Source of the DNA: Clostridia bacterium
GTDB lineage: Bacteria; Bacillota; Clostridia; HGM11514
DNA length: 64,000 bases
Assembly (NCBI GenBank): GCA_045586685.1
Contig: JAZNAU010000009.1
Location: forward strand, 22,420 to 86,419
Direction: 5' to 3'
Part shown: positions 30,548-40,335 of the stretch, piece by piece
Layout of the letters: the number at the start of each line of letters is the position of its first letter
How positions within the stretch are numbered: position 1 is the first letter of the stretch
Made by a program: the position numbers and the translations under genes
The notes under the pieces: generated by a model
What the model saw: only the letters and a program-made list of their open reading frames with translations
Database searches by the model: none
Told to the model about the DNA's origin: nothing

Positions 30548-30726
30548 GATTTGACAACTTCGTTGTCATGAATTGTTGCTGTCTCAACATGAATTGAATT
30601 GCCTTAATGCACCCTAAGGTGCAATTCATGAGCCGTAGGCTTAATTCATGAAATGGCAGATTTCAATTCGTGCCGTCAGGCAATTCATTGAAAAAGCGAC
30701 TTGTCAAAACAAGTCGCTTTTTCTGG
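30548..30726. repeat. repeat R, copy 2 (about 179 bp), its terminator hairpin abuts the 3' end of the CAU tRNA
   Basis: see copy 1; ends ...gcgacttgtcaaaacaagtcgctttttctgg immediately followed by the tRNA CCA end. Confidence 0.9.
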
Positions 30727-30800
30727 TGGGCCTTCAGGGATTCGAACCCGGGACCAACCGGTTATGAGCCGGTTGCTCTGACCAACTGAGCTAAAGGCCC
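30724..30800 (-). tRNA. tRNA with CAU anticodon; the body resembles tRNA-Ile2 (lysidine-modified), elongator tRNA-Met not excluded
   Basis: reverse complement GGGCCTTTAGCTCAGTTGGTCAGAGCAACCGGCTCATAACCGGTTGGTCCCGGGTTCGAATCCCTGAAGGCCCACCA; similarity to B. subtilis tRNA-Ile(CAU) is recalled from memory. Confidence 0.8.
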
Positions 30801-30914
30801 GTTTCACAAATAACATTATAATTATACACGATTTTTCCTTATTTGTCAATAGCTAAATTATACGAAAAAGGCAATTTCCAAGACGATTTTTAAGCCCCGT
30901 CTTTTCCCTAAGAA

Positions 30915-30953
30915 TATAAAAAAGACACTAACCAATGGTTGATGTCTTTTTTC
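30915..30953. terminator. hairpin terminator abutting tRNA-Leu 3' end
   Basis: aaagaca-ctaaccaatggttga-tgtcttt plus T-run. Confidence 0.5.
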
Positions 30954-31040
30954 TGGTGCAGAAGACGGGACTTGAACCCGTACGACCAAACGGTCACTAC
31001 CCCCTCAAAGTAGCGTGTCTGCCAATTCCACCACTCCTGC
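30954..31040 (-). tRNA. tRNA-Leu (anticodon GAG), class II with long variable arm
   Basis: reverse complement GCAGGAGTGGTGGAATTGGCAGACACGCTACTTTGAGGGGGTAGTGACCGTTTGGTCGTACGGGTTCAAGTCCCGTCTTCTGCACCA; anticodon loop UUGAGGG. Confidence 0.85.
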
Positions 31041-31149
31041 ATACAACAGAAATAGTATATCAGCATTTTATCCATTTGTCAAGTCCCTTTTTTAATTTTC
31101 ATCAATTTTTTATGCCTGTCTTTTCCGTTATGTAACCTTGATTGCATCT

Positions 31150-34100
31150 TTATTCCCCATCACTAAACTGCAATTCAAAAATTCGTTGCAATACAACCTT
31201 GATGTTGGAAAGAATTCTATCCGCATCCTGTACCGCTGCTTTTCTAAAGGTAAGACAAGGCTTATTCCCAGCTGAGAACAGTAATTTATATTCTGCAATC
31301 ACCTGACTAAGTGATTTCATAAGATCGGGGGAAATTTCTTGCCAGTAAAAATTCAAATTTTCTCCAACCTGACGAATTTCCGTTATCCCCACCTTACCCG
31401 CAGTATTTTTCACCAGTGCAACCTCCAGCAAATTCAAGACACATGCAGGGGTATCCCCAAAACGGTCACACAGTTCATCTGCTACCTCATTATATTCTTC
31501 ACGGGTTGCAATTTTTGCAATTCTGCGATACAAATCCATTCTTGTCTGTTCACCGGAAACATAGGTTTTGGGAAGATATGCATCAATCTGCAAATCAATC
31601 TGCACCTCGGTTATTTCGTTCTCAATCATTTCGCCGTTTCTGCGACGGACTTCTTCTTCCAGCATATCACAGTACAGCTCATAACCTACCTGATCCATAT
31701 GCCCATGTTGCTCCGCACCCAACACGTTCCCCGCTCCTCTAATTTCCAAATCACGCAAAGCAATTTTAAAGCCGGACCCGAACTCTGTAAAATCACGCAA
31801 TGCAATCAGCCGTTTCTGAGCCGCATCATCCAGCACCTTATCCTTTTGATACATTAGATAAGCATACGCCATTTTATCCGACCGCCCTACCCGTCCTCTT
31901 AGCTGATATAGCTGAGAAAGACCAAGACAATCCGCATTTTCAATTAAAATGGTGTTCACATTGGGAATATCAAGACCTGTTTCAATAATGGTAGTACAAA
32001 CCAGTACATCAATCTCCCCTTCCGATACCGCCAGCATAATTTTTTCCAACTGTCCTTCCTTCATTTTTCCGTGAGCGAATTCCACACGGGCAGAAGGAAC
32101 CATTTTGCTGATTTTATGGGCAAGCGAAGAAATCCCCTCCACACGATTATACAAATAATACACCTGTCCGCCGCGGGACAATTCGCGAACAATGGCATCC
32201 TGTATCACCGAATCATTATGCTCCATCACATATGTCCGTACAGGATAGCGGTCTCTTGGGGGTGTGGAAATGACACTGATATCCCGAATTCCAATCATAG
32301 ACATATGTAGAGTTCTGGGAATGGGGGTTGCGGTCATGGTAAGCACATCTACATCCTGTTTCATTTCCTTTAGCCGTTCCTTGTGGGCAACTCCAAACCG
32401 TTGCTCCTCATCCACAATCAAAAGTCCTAAAGAGGGAAATTTCAAATCCTTCTGCAAAATCCGATGTGTGCCAATAATAATATCAATCTGTCCTCGTTCC
32501 AGCCGTTCTAAAATCTCCCGTTGTTCTTTTGCAGTACGGAATCTTGACAGCATTTCTACGCGAATCGCAAAGGGTTCCATCCGCTTTTTAAAATTCTGAT
32601 AATGCTGTAATGCCAAAATGGTAGTAGGTGCCAGATATGCCACCTGCTTATTATCCATAACACATTTGAAAGCAGCACGAATGGCAACCTCTGTTTTGCC
32701 GTAACCCACATCACCGCACAAAAGACGATCCATAGGAATAGGCCGTTCCATATCTTTTTTCACATCATCAATACACTTGATCTGATCCTCCGTTTCCGTA
32801 TAGGGAAAGGCTTCCTCAAATTCTTGTTGCCAAGAAGTGTCCTCAGAAAAGGAATATCCTTCTATATTCTGTCGGGCGGCATAAAGGCGAATGAGTCCGT
32901 CCGCCAGATCCGCACAACTTGCACGGACACGGCTTTTTGTATTATTCCATTCTTTTCCGCCCAGCTTATTCACCTTAAGAGAGGTTTTGGCTCCTACATA
33001 TTTATGGAGCAAATCCAGTTGGGTTGCAGGAACATACAGCATATCCGTTCCGCCATAGCGAATTTTAAGATAATCCTTTGTCACACCGCCTGCCGTCACA
33101 AGTTCCTGACCTAAATACTGACCGATTCCGTGATTGACATGAACCACATAATCTCCTGCATTTAAATCGGTAGCAACATTGAGAATCTTTTGCTGGTCTT
33201 TGGACTTTCGTCTCTTTTTTTCTTGCTTTTTCTTGTTGATATCGCGGTCACTGATGACCGCCAGCCCAATGGAAGGATACTCAAATCCACCGCTCAGGCT
33301 TCCCGTTGTGACAGAAAGAGAAACTGGCTCGCTCTGTGGATTTTCGTCAAAAACAGCAGGCAACCCGTCTTGTTGAAGATGATCAGACAAAATCATTCCG
33401 CGGCTTCTGCTTCCTGCCAATATTATAACACGATACCCCTGTTCCTGGTACAGTTGTAAATCTGCCGTCAACAGCGTCATGTTCCCATTGTATGTACTTT
33501 GATTTTTACATTCCAGCGTTACTAACTTTTTATAAGAAATTCCTGTGTTACTCTGCAGTAAGGGGCAAAAGCTCATGACCGTATTCCCCTTTAACCGATG
33601 AATCAATCCCTCGTATTCCAATGAATAATCTCCATCAACACCGCCCAAACTTCCTTGCTCCATCATAACAGAAACCGTTTGATGAACCTCCCACGACGCA
33701 TTTTCCGCTTTTTCCCGCAATAATGCAGGGTCATCAAGAAGAACAAGAGCATCACGGTCAAAATAATCCGTCAGCAAGGGTAACTTATCATAAAACAAGG
33801 GTAGATATTTATCATCAGATGGAAAATAACCAATTTCTCGCAGTCGTTCTGCATCCTTGGGACAAAACGGTTCTATTTTCGTTGCTACCTGTGCCCCCCG
33901 TTCCTTTGTATACAGCACCTCACGGGCAGGAGGAATGGTCACAGAAGAAATCCGTTCTACAGAAAGCTGAGTAAATACATCAAAGGTCCGCACTGTATCC
34001 ACTTCATCACCAAACAGTTCAATCCGCACAGGTTGTTCCAAATGAATCGGAAAAACATCCAAAATACCGCCTCTTAAGGCAAACTGGCCCTGTCCCTCTA

Positions 34101-34596
34101 CTGTTTCGAAACGGCTATAGCCTGCACTGACCAGTTTTGCAAGAACATGGTCAATGTCCACTTCATCCGCCTCAGAAATCGTCAGGGTATATTCTTTTAA
34201 ATGAGCAGGTGACAGCACCGGTTCACATACTGCCGAAACGGGAGCGACTACAATTCCGCCCTCACGAGAGATTCGTTCCAAAACAGAGATTCTTGCAGCA
34301 GTTGTTTCACGGCTGACTGTATCCATATCATAAAACACAAATTCCCGACCTGAAAACAAAAACACTCTCCGGTCCAGAAAAAAGCTCAAATCACGATACC
34401 ACATTCTGGCTGATTCTTCATTGGGTGCAATCACCAGACAGTTTTTCTGATTGGTATCCTGCAACAAAGAAAACAGAACATGGGCACGGCCCGTACCGGA
34501 TAAGCCGCTGACACAGACACATTCCTTATTTTCCAAACTATTTCGGATTTCCTTGTATCCTTCTAAGCAATCCAGCAATCCATCAAACCGTGGCAT
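31150..34596 (-). CDS. mfd: transcription-repair coupling factor
   Basis: 1148 aa; UvrB-homology N-terminus, DEAD/DEAH helicase motifs (GDVGYGKTEVA, DEEQRFG), TRG motif. Confidence 0.9.
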   Translation of the reverse strand: MPRFDGLLDCLEGYKEIRNSLENKECVCVSGLSGTGRAHVLFSLLQDTNQKNCLVIAPNEESARMWYRDLSFFLDRRVFLFSGREFVFYDMDTVSRETTAARISVLERISREGGIVVAPVSAVCEPVLSPAHLKEYTLTISEADEVDIDHVLAKLVSAGYSRFETVEGQGQFALRGGILDVFPIHLEQPVRIELFGDEVDTVRTFDVFTQLSVERISSVTIPPAREVLYTKERGAQVATKIEPFCPKDAERLREIGYFPSDDKYLPLFYDKLPLLTDYFDRDALVLLDDPALLREKAENASWEVHQTVSVMMEQGSLGGVDGDYSLEYEGLIHRLKGNTVMSFCPLLQSNTGISYKKLVTLECKNQSTYNGNMTLLTADLQLYQEQGYRVIILAGSRSRGMILSDHLQQDGLPAVFDENPQSEPVSLSVTTGSLSGGFEYPSIGLAVISDRDINKKKQEKKRRKSKDQQKILNVATDLNAGDYVVHVNHGIGQYLGQELVTAGGVTKDYLKIRYGGTDMLYVPATQLDLLHKYVGAKTSLKVNKLGGKEWNNTKSRVRASCADLADGLIRLYAARQNIEGYSFSEDTSWQQEFEEAFPYTETEDQIKCIDDVKKDMERPIPMDRLLCGDVGYGKTEVAIRAAFKCVMDNKQVAYLAPTTILALQHYQNFKKRMEPFAIRVEMLSRFRTAKEQREILERLERGQIDIIIGTHRILQKDLKFPSLGLLIVDEEQRFGVAHKERLKEMKQDVDVLTMTATPIPRTLHMSMIGIRDISVISTPPRDRYPVRTYVMEHNDSVIQDAIVRELSRGGQVYYLYNRVEGISSLAHKISKMVPSARVEFAHGKMKEGQLEKIMLAVSEGEIDVLVCTTIIETGLDIPNVNTILIENADCLGLSQLYQLRGRVGRSDKMAYAYLMYQKDKVLDDAAQKRLIALRDFTEFGSGFKIALRDLEIRGAGNVLGAEQHGHMDQVGYELYCDMLEEEVRRRNGEMIENEITEVQIDLQIDAYLPKTYVSGEQTRMDLYRRIAKIATREEYNEVADELCDRFGDTPACVLNLLEVALVKNTAGKVGITEIRQVGENLNFYWQEISPDLMKSLSQVIAEYKLLFSAGNKPCLTFRKAAVQDADRILSNIKVVLQRIFELQFSDGE

Positions 34597-34614
34597 ATTC
34601 TGCTCTCCCTTCCG

Positions 34615-35172
34615 TTAATTATACCGATTCATTGCCCTTTCTACATCCTTCAGCATCATTTCCACCGCATCACACACTGTAGGAACGAGGGAAATCATAA
34701 TTTTCAATTCTTCTTTCGAGAAAGTTCCCAAGACATGGTCAGCTAAATCCATTTCTTTATGCTCCGGTGCTCCTACACCGATTTTCAGGCGCGGAAATTC
34801 ATCTGATTGAAGCTGATAGATAATGGATTTAATACCATTATGCCCTCCTGCACTGCCTTTCTGTCGTATTCGCAATTTCCCCAGTTCCAGAGATATATCG
34901 TCAAACAAAATAATGATATCTGACGGAGAACAATCATACTTTTTACAAAGCGAAAGTACACTTTCACCGCTCAAATTCATAAACGTCTGAGGTTTTGCCA
35001 GCAAAACCTCTTGACCGGAAATTCTGCCAACACCGGTCAGCGCACGACATTCCAATTTCTTTATTTTAATATGATGCTTTTTTGCCAGACAATCCACATA
35101 AGAAAATCCTACATTGTGTCTGGTATCATCATATTTACTGCCCGGATTTCCCAGACCTACAATAATTTTCAT
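34615..35172 (-). CDS. pth: peptidyl-tRNA hydrolase
   Basis: 185 aa; MKIIVGLGNPGSKYDDTRHNVGF. Confidence 0.9.
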   Translation of the reverse strand: MKIIVGLGNPGSKYDDTRHNVGFSYVDCLAKKHHIKIKKLECRALTGVGRISGQEVLLAKPQTFMNLSGESVLSLCKKYDCSPSDIIILFDDISLELGKLRIRQKGSAGGHNGIKSIIYQLQSDEFPRLKIGVGAPEHKEMDLADHVLGTFSKEELKIMISLVPTVCDAVEMMLKDVERAMNRYN

Positions 35173-35265
35173 CCAAAACCCTCCTTTTTCGACAAATGTC
35201 TTTACGACACCATACCCCGTCTGATATTCAGACGGGGTATCGACAATTTATCAAAATAACAATGT

Positions 35266-36222
35266 TTAACTGAATAATGTGCTGACTGACAAATCCTCGT
35301 AAATTCTTTCGATTGCTTCTGCAAAAATAGGTGCAACGGAAAGAATTTTAATTTTGTCAATACACTTTTCTTTCGGCAGACAAATGGTATCCAGACAAAC
35401 CAACTCCTCAATGGGAGATTCGGAAATCCGCTCAATAGCAGGTCCGGACAATACACCGTGAGTACAGCAAGCATATATATTAGAAGCGCCTCTTTCCTTC
35501 AACGCATGAGCTGCATTGCAAATGGTTCCTGCAGTATCAATCATATCGTCAACCAGAATGGCTTTCTTTCCTTTTACATCGCCGATGATATTCATAATTT
35601 CACTTACATTTATCTTTGTTCTTCTCTTATCAATAATTGCCATAGGAAGCTCAAGACGTTCTGCAAAGCCTCTTGCTCTGGTTACACTTCCTAAATCAGG
35701 GGAAACAATAATACAGTTTTCCTTATCATCAACAAATTTTTTGTTATAATAAGGTGCCAGAATCGGCATTCCCAGCAAATGATCCACAGGAACATTGAAG
35801 AATCCCTGAATCTGGCTGGCATGCAAATCCATCGTCAGCACGCGGTCAGCGCCTGCAGTTGCAATCAGATCAGCAACCAGTTTTGCAGAAATCGGGTCTC
35901 TTGCCTTTGCTTTTCTGTCCTGACGGGCATATCCGAAATAAGGAATCACCGCAGTAATTCTACCGGCTGATGCTCTTCTGAAAGCGTCAATCATGATTAA
36001 GAGTTCCATCAAATTATCATTCACCGGTTCACAGGTGGATTGAACAACAAATACATCTGCACCGCGGACGGTTTCACCAATGTTTACATAAACTTCGCCA
36101 TCGCTGAATCTTCCTACCTTGGCAGTTCCCAGAGGAACTCCTACAATATTGGCAATGGATTTTGCCAAAGAAGGATTGGAATTTGCTGAAAAAACCTTGA
36201 TTGATCTGCTGTGTGGTATCAT
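35266..36222 (-). CDS. prs: ribose-phosphate pyrophosphokinase
   Basis: 318 aa; [16 protein letters not shown]..; PRPP-binding DDMIDTAGT. Confidence 0.9.
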   Translation of the reverse strand: MIPHSRSIKVFSANSNPSLAKSIANIVGVPLGTAKVGRFSDGEVYVNIGETVRGADVFVVQSTCEPVNDNLMELLIMIDAFRRASAGRITAVIPYFGYARQDRKAKARDPISAKLVADLIATAGADRVLTMDLHASQIQGFFNVPVDHLLGMPILAPYYNKKFVDDKENCIIVSPDLGSVTRARGFAERLELPMAIIDKRRTKINVSEIMNIIGDVKGKKAILVDDMIDTAGTICNAAHALKERGASNIYACCTHGVLSGPAIERISESPIEELVCLDTICLPKEKCIDKIKILSVAPIFAEAIERIYEDLSVSTLFS

Positions 36223-36473
36223 TTCGAATTTTCTCCTTTCGGTTGGATGACCAACCTTATATATTTGTTTGTCTTTCGTCTTCGTTTGACACAGTTTCCT
36301 TATAATATCACCATATATGTATTCTTATATATCTATTATATCAAAAATTTTCCGAAATGCCAAGTAGGAAAATACAACAACAATCCGATTATTTTTTTCA
36401 TTCTATCGTTGATACTGCATAAAGTGAAAAAGACACGGGAATGGTTTCCGGTGTCTTTTCGATTCAGATTCAT

Positions 36474-36758
36474 TTATTCCTCGGCTGCGATATCCGCAGA
36501 TTCAGCCAAAGTTGCTTCATACTTTTCTAAGATAACGCCCTGCAGCATATCACGCATCTGCGCATTGATAGGATGAGCAATGTCTTTAAATTCTCCATCC
36601 GGCGTTTTACGGCTTGGCATAGCAATAAACAGCTTATCCTGTCCTTCTATTACCTTAATGTCATGAACAACAAAAGCGTCATCAAAGGTAACAGATACTA
36701 CAGCCTTCATCTTGCCCTCAGTATTCAGCTTACGAATTCTGATGTCTGTAATTTGCAT
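36474..36758 (-). CDS. spoVG: septation/sporulation regulator SpoVG
   Basis: 94 aa; [10 protein letters not shown]...[34 protein letters not shown]. Confidence 0.9.
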   Translation of the reverse strand: MQITDIRIRKLNTEGKMKAVVSVTFDDAFVVHDIKVIEGQDKLFIAMPSRKTPDGEFKDIAHPINAQMRDMLQGVILEKYEATLAESADIAAEE

Positions 36759-37024
36759 AACGGTTCCTCCTCTGTAGGATTTTCTATCTTGGACAAAAAA
36801 TCACGTCCGGATGCCGCATCTTTGTAGTCAAAATTAACCCCTATATACTATTATACACAAAATTTTGAAAAAGTAAATGGTTTTTTTGGTTTTTTTTCAT
36901 AGCTAAATGTGAAAAAAATACTTGCTATTTTTGGTTAAATTGTATAAAATAATATGTATGAACTATTTTTTCTCTAAATTTTCATGAATATTTTTTATTT
37001 TTATACATAGAAAGGATGATTGGT

Positions 37025-38356
37025 ATGAATTTTATGCAAAAAGGATGTCATGTTCATTTTGTGGGTATTGGCGGAATCAGCATGAGTGCATTGGCAAATA
37101 TTTTAAAAAGCAATCAAGTAAAGGTAACGGGCTCTGACATTTCCGAGTCTGATATGGTCAAGAAGTTAAAGAAAAGCGGAATCAGTGTAGACGTCCCCCA
37201 TCAGATAAACGAAATAAAAAATGCGGATTTGGTTGTCTATACCGCAGCCATCGCAAAAGACAACTGCGAACTTCTCTATGCAAAAGAACAAAAGATTCCC
37301 TGCTGGGAACGACCTGTCATGCTTGGTAAAATCATGGCACATTATCCGATTTCTATGGGTGTGTCCGGTACTCACGGCAAAACCACTGTGACCAGTATGC
37401 TGTCCCACATTCTGTTACGGGCTGAACTTGACCCTACCTTGCTGGTGGGCGGAGAGTTGCCGGACATCGATGGCAATCTAAAGATAGGACAAAGTGATTA
37501 TTTTGTCACGGAAGCCTGTGAATATGTAGATAGCTTTCTGAATTTTTATCCCACAATCTCCTTTATTTTAAATATTGAAGAGGATCATCTGGATTATTTC
37601 TCCGGTCTTGAACAGATTAAACAATCTTTTCGTCAGTATGCAAAGCAAACCACCGGTACGGTCATTGCTTGCGGAGAGGATGAAAATATTCAATCTGCCC
37701 TTGAAGGAATCCCCTTTGTCTCCTTTGGTGCCGGATGTGATTATGAAGCCAGAAATATTAAAACCGGAGACAAAACTGACTATACACTCTATCGCAAAGG
37801 AAATCCGGTATGTCCTGTTTCCCTGTCTGTTCCAGGAATACACAATGTAAATAATTCTTTAGCGGCATTGGCGGGAGCTGATGTGTTAGGAATCCCCTTA
37901 GAGGAAGCTGCATCCTATTTAGAAGATTTTACCGGCGCAAAACGTCGCTTTGAATACAAGGGTAGCAAAAACGGAATTGATGTGTACGACGATTATGCTC
38001 ATCATCCCACAGAAATTGAGGCAACCTTAAAAGCACTCAAACAAAAAAACTATAATACGATATGGTGTATCTTTCAACCTCACACCTATACCAGAACAAA
38101 AGCATTGTTTCAAGAGTTCATCACGGCTCTTTCTAAAGCAGAAAAATTGATTCTTACGGATATTTACGCTGCAAGAGAGCCGGATACAGGTCTGGTCCAT
38201 TCTGCCCAGTTGGCAGAACAAATTCCCGGTGCAGTTTACCTTTCTACATTTTCGGAAGTAAAGGAATATCTGGAACAAAATGCAAAGCCGGGGGATATGA
38301 TTATGACCATTGGCGCAGGTACCGTCTATCAGGCGGGGGAATTGTTTTTAAAATAG
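37025..38356 (+). CDS. murC: UDP-N-acetylmuramate--L-alanine ligase
   Basis: HVHFVGIGGISMSALA..GTHGKTTVTSM Mur ligase motifs; start at second ATG (37025) about 8 nt after AAAGGA; the ORF-track start is 37016. Confidence 0.85.
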   Translation: MNFMQKGCHVHFVGIGGISMSALANILKSNQVKVTGSDISESDMVKKLKKSGISVDVPHQINEIKNADLVVYTAAIAKDNCELLYAKEQKIPCWERPVMLGKIMAHYPISMGVSGTHGKTTVTSMLSHILLRAELDPTLLVGGELPDIDGNLKIGQSDYFVTEACEYVDSFLNFYPTISFILNIEEDHLDYFSGLEQIKQSFRQYAKQTTGTVIACGEDENIQSALEGIPFVSFGAGCDYEARNIKTGDKTDYTLYRKGNPVCPVSLSVPGIHNVNNSLAALAGADVLGIPLEEAASYLEDFTGAKRRFEYKGSKNGIDVYDDYAHHPTEIEATLKALKQKNYNTIWCIFQPHTYTRTKALFQEFITALSKAEKLILTDIYAAREPDTGLVHSAQLAEQIPGAVYLSTFSEVKEYLEQNAKPGDMIMTIGAGTVYQAGELFLK

Positions 38357-38433
38357 TCACCTTTTCCAACTCTGTTCATATTATAATAGTGAACATCCTT
38401 TTGATGTATCACTATTACAAAGGAGAATCTGTT

Positions 38434-38586
38434 ATGTGTTGCCGCAGAAGAAACCATCTCACTTTTGACTGTGAACAGTGGAAGCAAAGCCGAAGAACAA
38501 CGCCCCCTATGGACGTTTTTAACGGACAAAATCAAAACAATCATTGCGGTTGCAATAACAACTGCAGATGCGGTTGTTGTTGTTAA
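38434..38586 (+). CDS. 50-aa cysteine-rich, N/Q-rich small peptide (MCCRRRNHLTFDCEQWKQSRRTTPPMDVFNGQNQNNHCGCNNNCRCGCCC), function unknown
   Basis: AGGAGA RBS 7 nt upstream of ATG 38434; perfect hairpin terminator 38592-38626 immediately downstream; 10 Cys, 7 of them in the last 13 residues. Confidence 0.5.
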   Translation: MCCRRRNHLTFDCEQWKQSRRTTPPMDVFNGQNQNNHCGCNNNCRCGCCC

Positions 38587-38591
38587 TTGCA

Positions 38592-38626
38592 AAAAATCCC
38601 TCGAAGTTTTTTCGAGGGATTTTTTA
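38592..38626 (+). terminator. rho-independent terminator after the Cys-rich peptide gene
   Basis: aaatccctcgaa-gtttt-ttcgagggattt + ttt. Confidence 0.7.
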
Positions 38627-38707
38627 GGTAAAATCAACATCTGTCAAAGCCCGTTTCGTTGCTGACACACATCCGCTTTTTTGGACGAAAAGCCATAAGA
38701 AAACGCA

Positions 38708-39139
38708 TCAATCTCTGTTTGTTCGCTCTGTTGTAAGTGTGTTGTTCTTTCTAAAAATAATTTTACTTGCAATATAATTTAATAATATTACCAGGATATT
38801 CACCAGCAGCTTCATCATTCTCGCTTCGTAATGCAACAAATCCACTGTAATATACATAACCAGCAGATCCATTAACCCCGTAGCACCCCGGCATCCGGTA
38901 AAGGATACAAATTCTCTGACTGTTAATTTTAAATTCCAATCCTTGCTTTCAAACACATACCTTTTATTGGTCGCAAAAGCAAACAGAACGGCACCCGCCC
39001 AGGCAAGCACATTACTGATAATAGTTCCTGCCTCTAACTTATAATAAAGCCATTCAAACAAAATGAGATTTACCATGGTTGTGCCTACGCCAAACAGCAT
39101 GTATAAAAGCAGCATTTTTATTTTTTTACGATTCATCAT
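38708..39139 (-). CDS. GtrA family membrane protein
   Basis: 143 aa; 4 transmembrane segments, GtrA-like pattern (FxxVGxxxxxxNxxxF...). Confidence 0.6.
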   Translation of the reverse strand: MMNRKKIKMLLLYMLFGVGTTMVNLILFEWLYYKLEAGTIISNVLAWAGAVLFAFATNKRYVFESKDWNLKLTVREFVSFTGCRGATGLMDLLVMYITVDLLHYEARMMKLLVNILVILLNYIASKIIFRKNNTLTTERTNRD

Positions 39140-39140
39140 A

Positions 39141-40157
39141 TCACAAATCCAATTTTAAATCATTTTGTCTGATCCATTTTACCTTACGCAAAGGATAAGC
39201 AATAATGGGAGTGAGTACAGCGGGAAGAACAAAACAAATTAACACCATACCAATCATACTGAACAAGTCGGTATGACCTGCCGCCAGAACACCGATGGGT
39301 CCCACCAGACCGCAGGTTCCCATACCGGAGGCAACTGCAATTCCGTTTTCCATTTTAAATAGGCAAGTTGCCATAGGTCCTGTAATGGCAGAAACCAAAA
39401 TGGGCGGAATCCAGATACGGGGATTCCTCATAATATTCCCCATTTGAAGCATAGACGTACCCAACCCTTGGGCAATAATGCCGCCAAATCCATTTTCTTT
39501 AAAGCTCATTACCGCAAAGCCCACCATCTGTGCACAACAGCCCGCCGTCGCCGCACCGCCTGCTAAGCCCACTAATCCCAGAGAGGCACAAATGGCTGCA
39601 GAGCTTATGGGAAGAGTTAATGCAATACCCACCAGCACAGAAACCAAAATTCCCATTAACAACGGCTGTAATTCTGTACAGGTCATAATTAAATTTCCTG
39701 CAGCAGTCATAATTTTGGCAATCCAAGGACCTGTCAGCAGACTCATTGCCGTACCGGATGCAATCACCACAGTAGGAGTAACAATAATATCAATCTTCGT
39801 TGTTTTATAAAACAGTTTTCCAAGTTCCGTTGCAACAACTACTGCACAAAACACCCCAAGGGGGCCTCCTAAAGAATTGGCTCCGTACCCTACCGCGCAC
39901 ATGGAAAGAAGAACCAACGGAGGTGCTTCCAAAGCAGAGGCAACCGCGATTGCCATTGCAGGGCCCTGTGCTGCAACTGCATATTCCTTCATGGTTGCAA
40001 AAAACTCGATTCCTGTTTTGTCATAAATGGTTCCGAATATGGTACCTATCAACAACGAGGCAAATAACCCCATTGCCATTGCACCCAATGCATCAATAAA
40101 ATAACGTTTAAAAGAAATTTCGATTTTCTTTTGTTTTAAAAATCCTGCCATATTCAT
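39141..40157 (-). CDS. PTS EIIC-like polytopic membrane protein (PfoR / COG3641-type)
   Basis: 338 aa; about 10 transmembrane segments, Gly/Ala-rich EIIC-like segments; no EIIA/EIIB nearby. Confidence 0.45.
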   Translation of the reverse strand: MNMAGFLKQKKIEISFKRYFIDALGAMAMGLFASLLIGTIFGTIYDKTGIEFFATMKEYAVAAQGPAMAIAVASALEAPPLVLLSMCAVGYGANSLGGPLGVFCAVVVATELGKLFYKTTKIDIIVTPTVVIASGTAMSLLTGPWIAKIMTAAGNLIMTCTELQPLLMGILVSVLVGIALTLPISSAAICASLGLVGLAGGAATAGCCAQMVGFAVMSFKENGFGGIIAQGLGTSMLQMGNIMRNPRIWIPPILVSAITGPMATCLFKMENGIAVASGMGTCGLVGPIGVLAAGHTDLFSMIGMVLICFVLPAVLTPIIAYPLRKVKWIRQNDLKLDL

Positions 40158-40272
40158 TCAATCCTTTCATGTAAAATTTCTTTTTACTTATTATATTACA
40201 TCTTACATAAAATTTCAAGTATTTCCTTTATTTTTTATAAAAAATAAAGATCTTTTTGCCTTTCTTAAAACA

Positions 40273-40301
40273 TTGACATTGATTTTGGAATGTGATATAC
40301 T
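40273..40301 (+). promoter_or_regulatory. promoter of nth (TTGACA-17-TATACT)
   Basis: consensus -35 at 40273-40278 and -10 at 40296-40301. Confidence 0.55.
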
Positions 40302-40335
40302 AATATGTAAGAATCCAAGAAAGGACACCTTTCTT

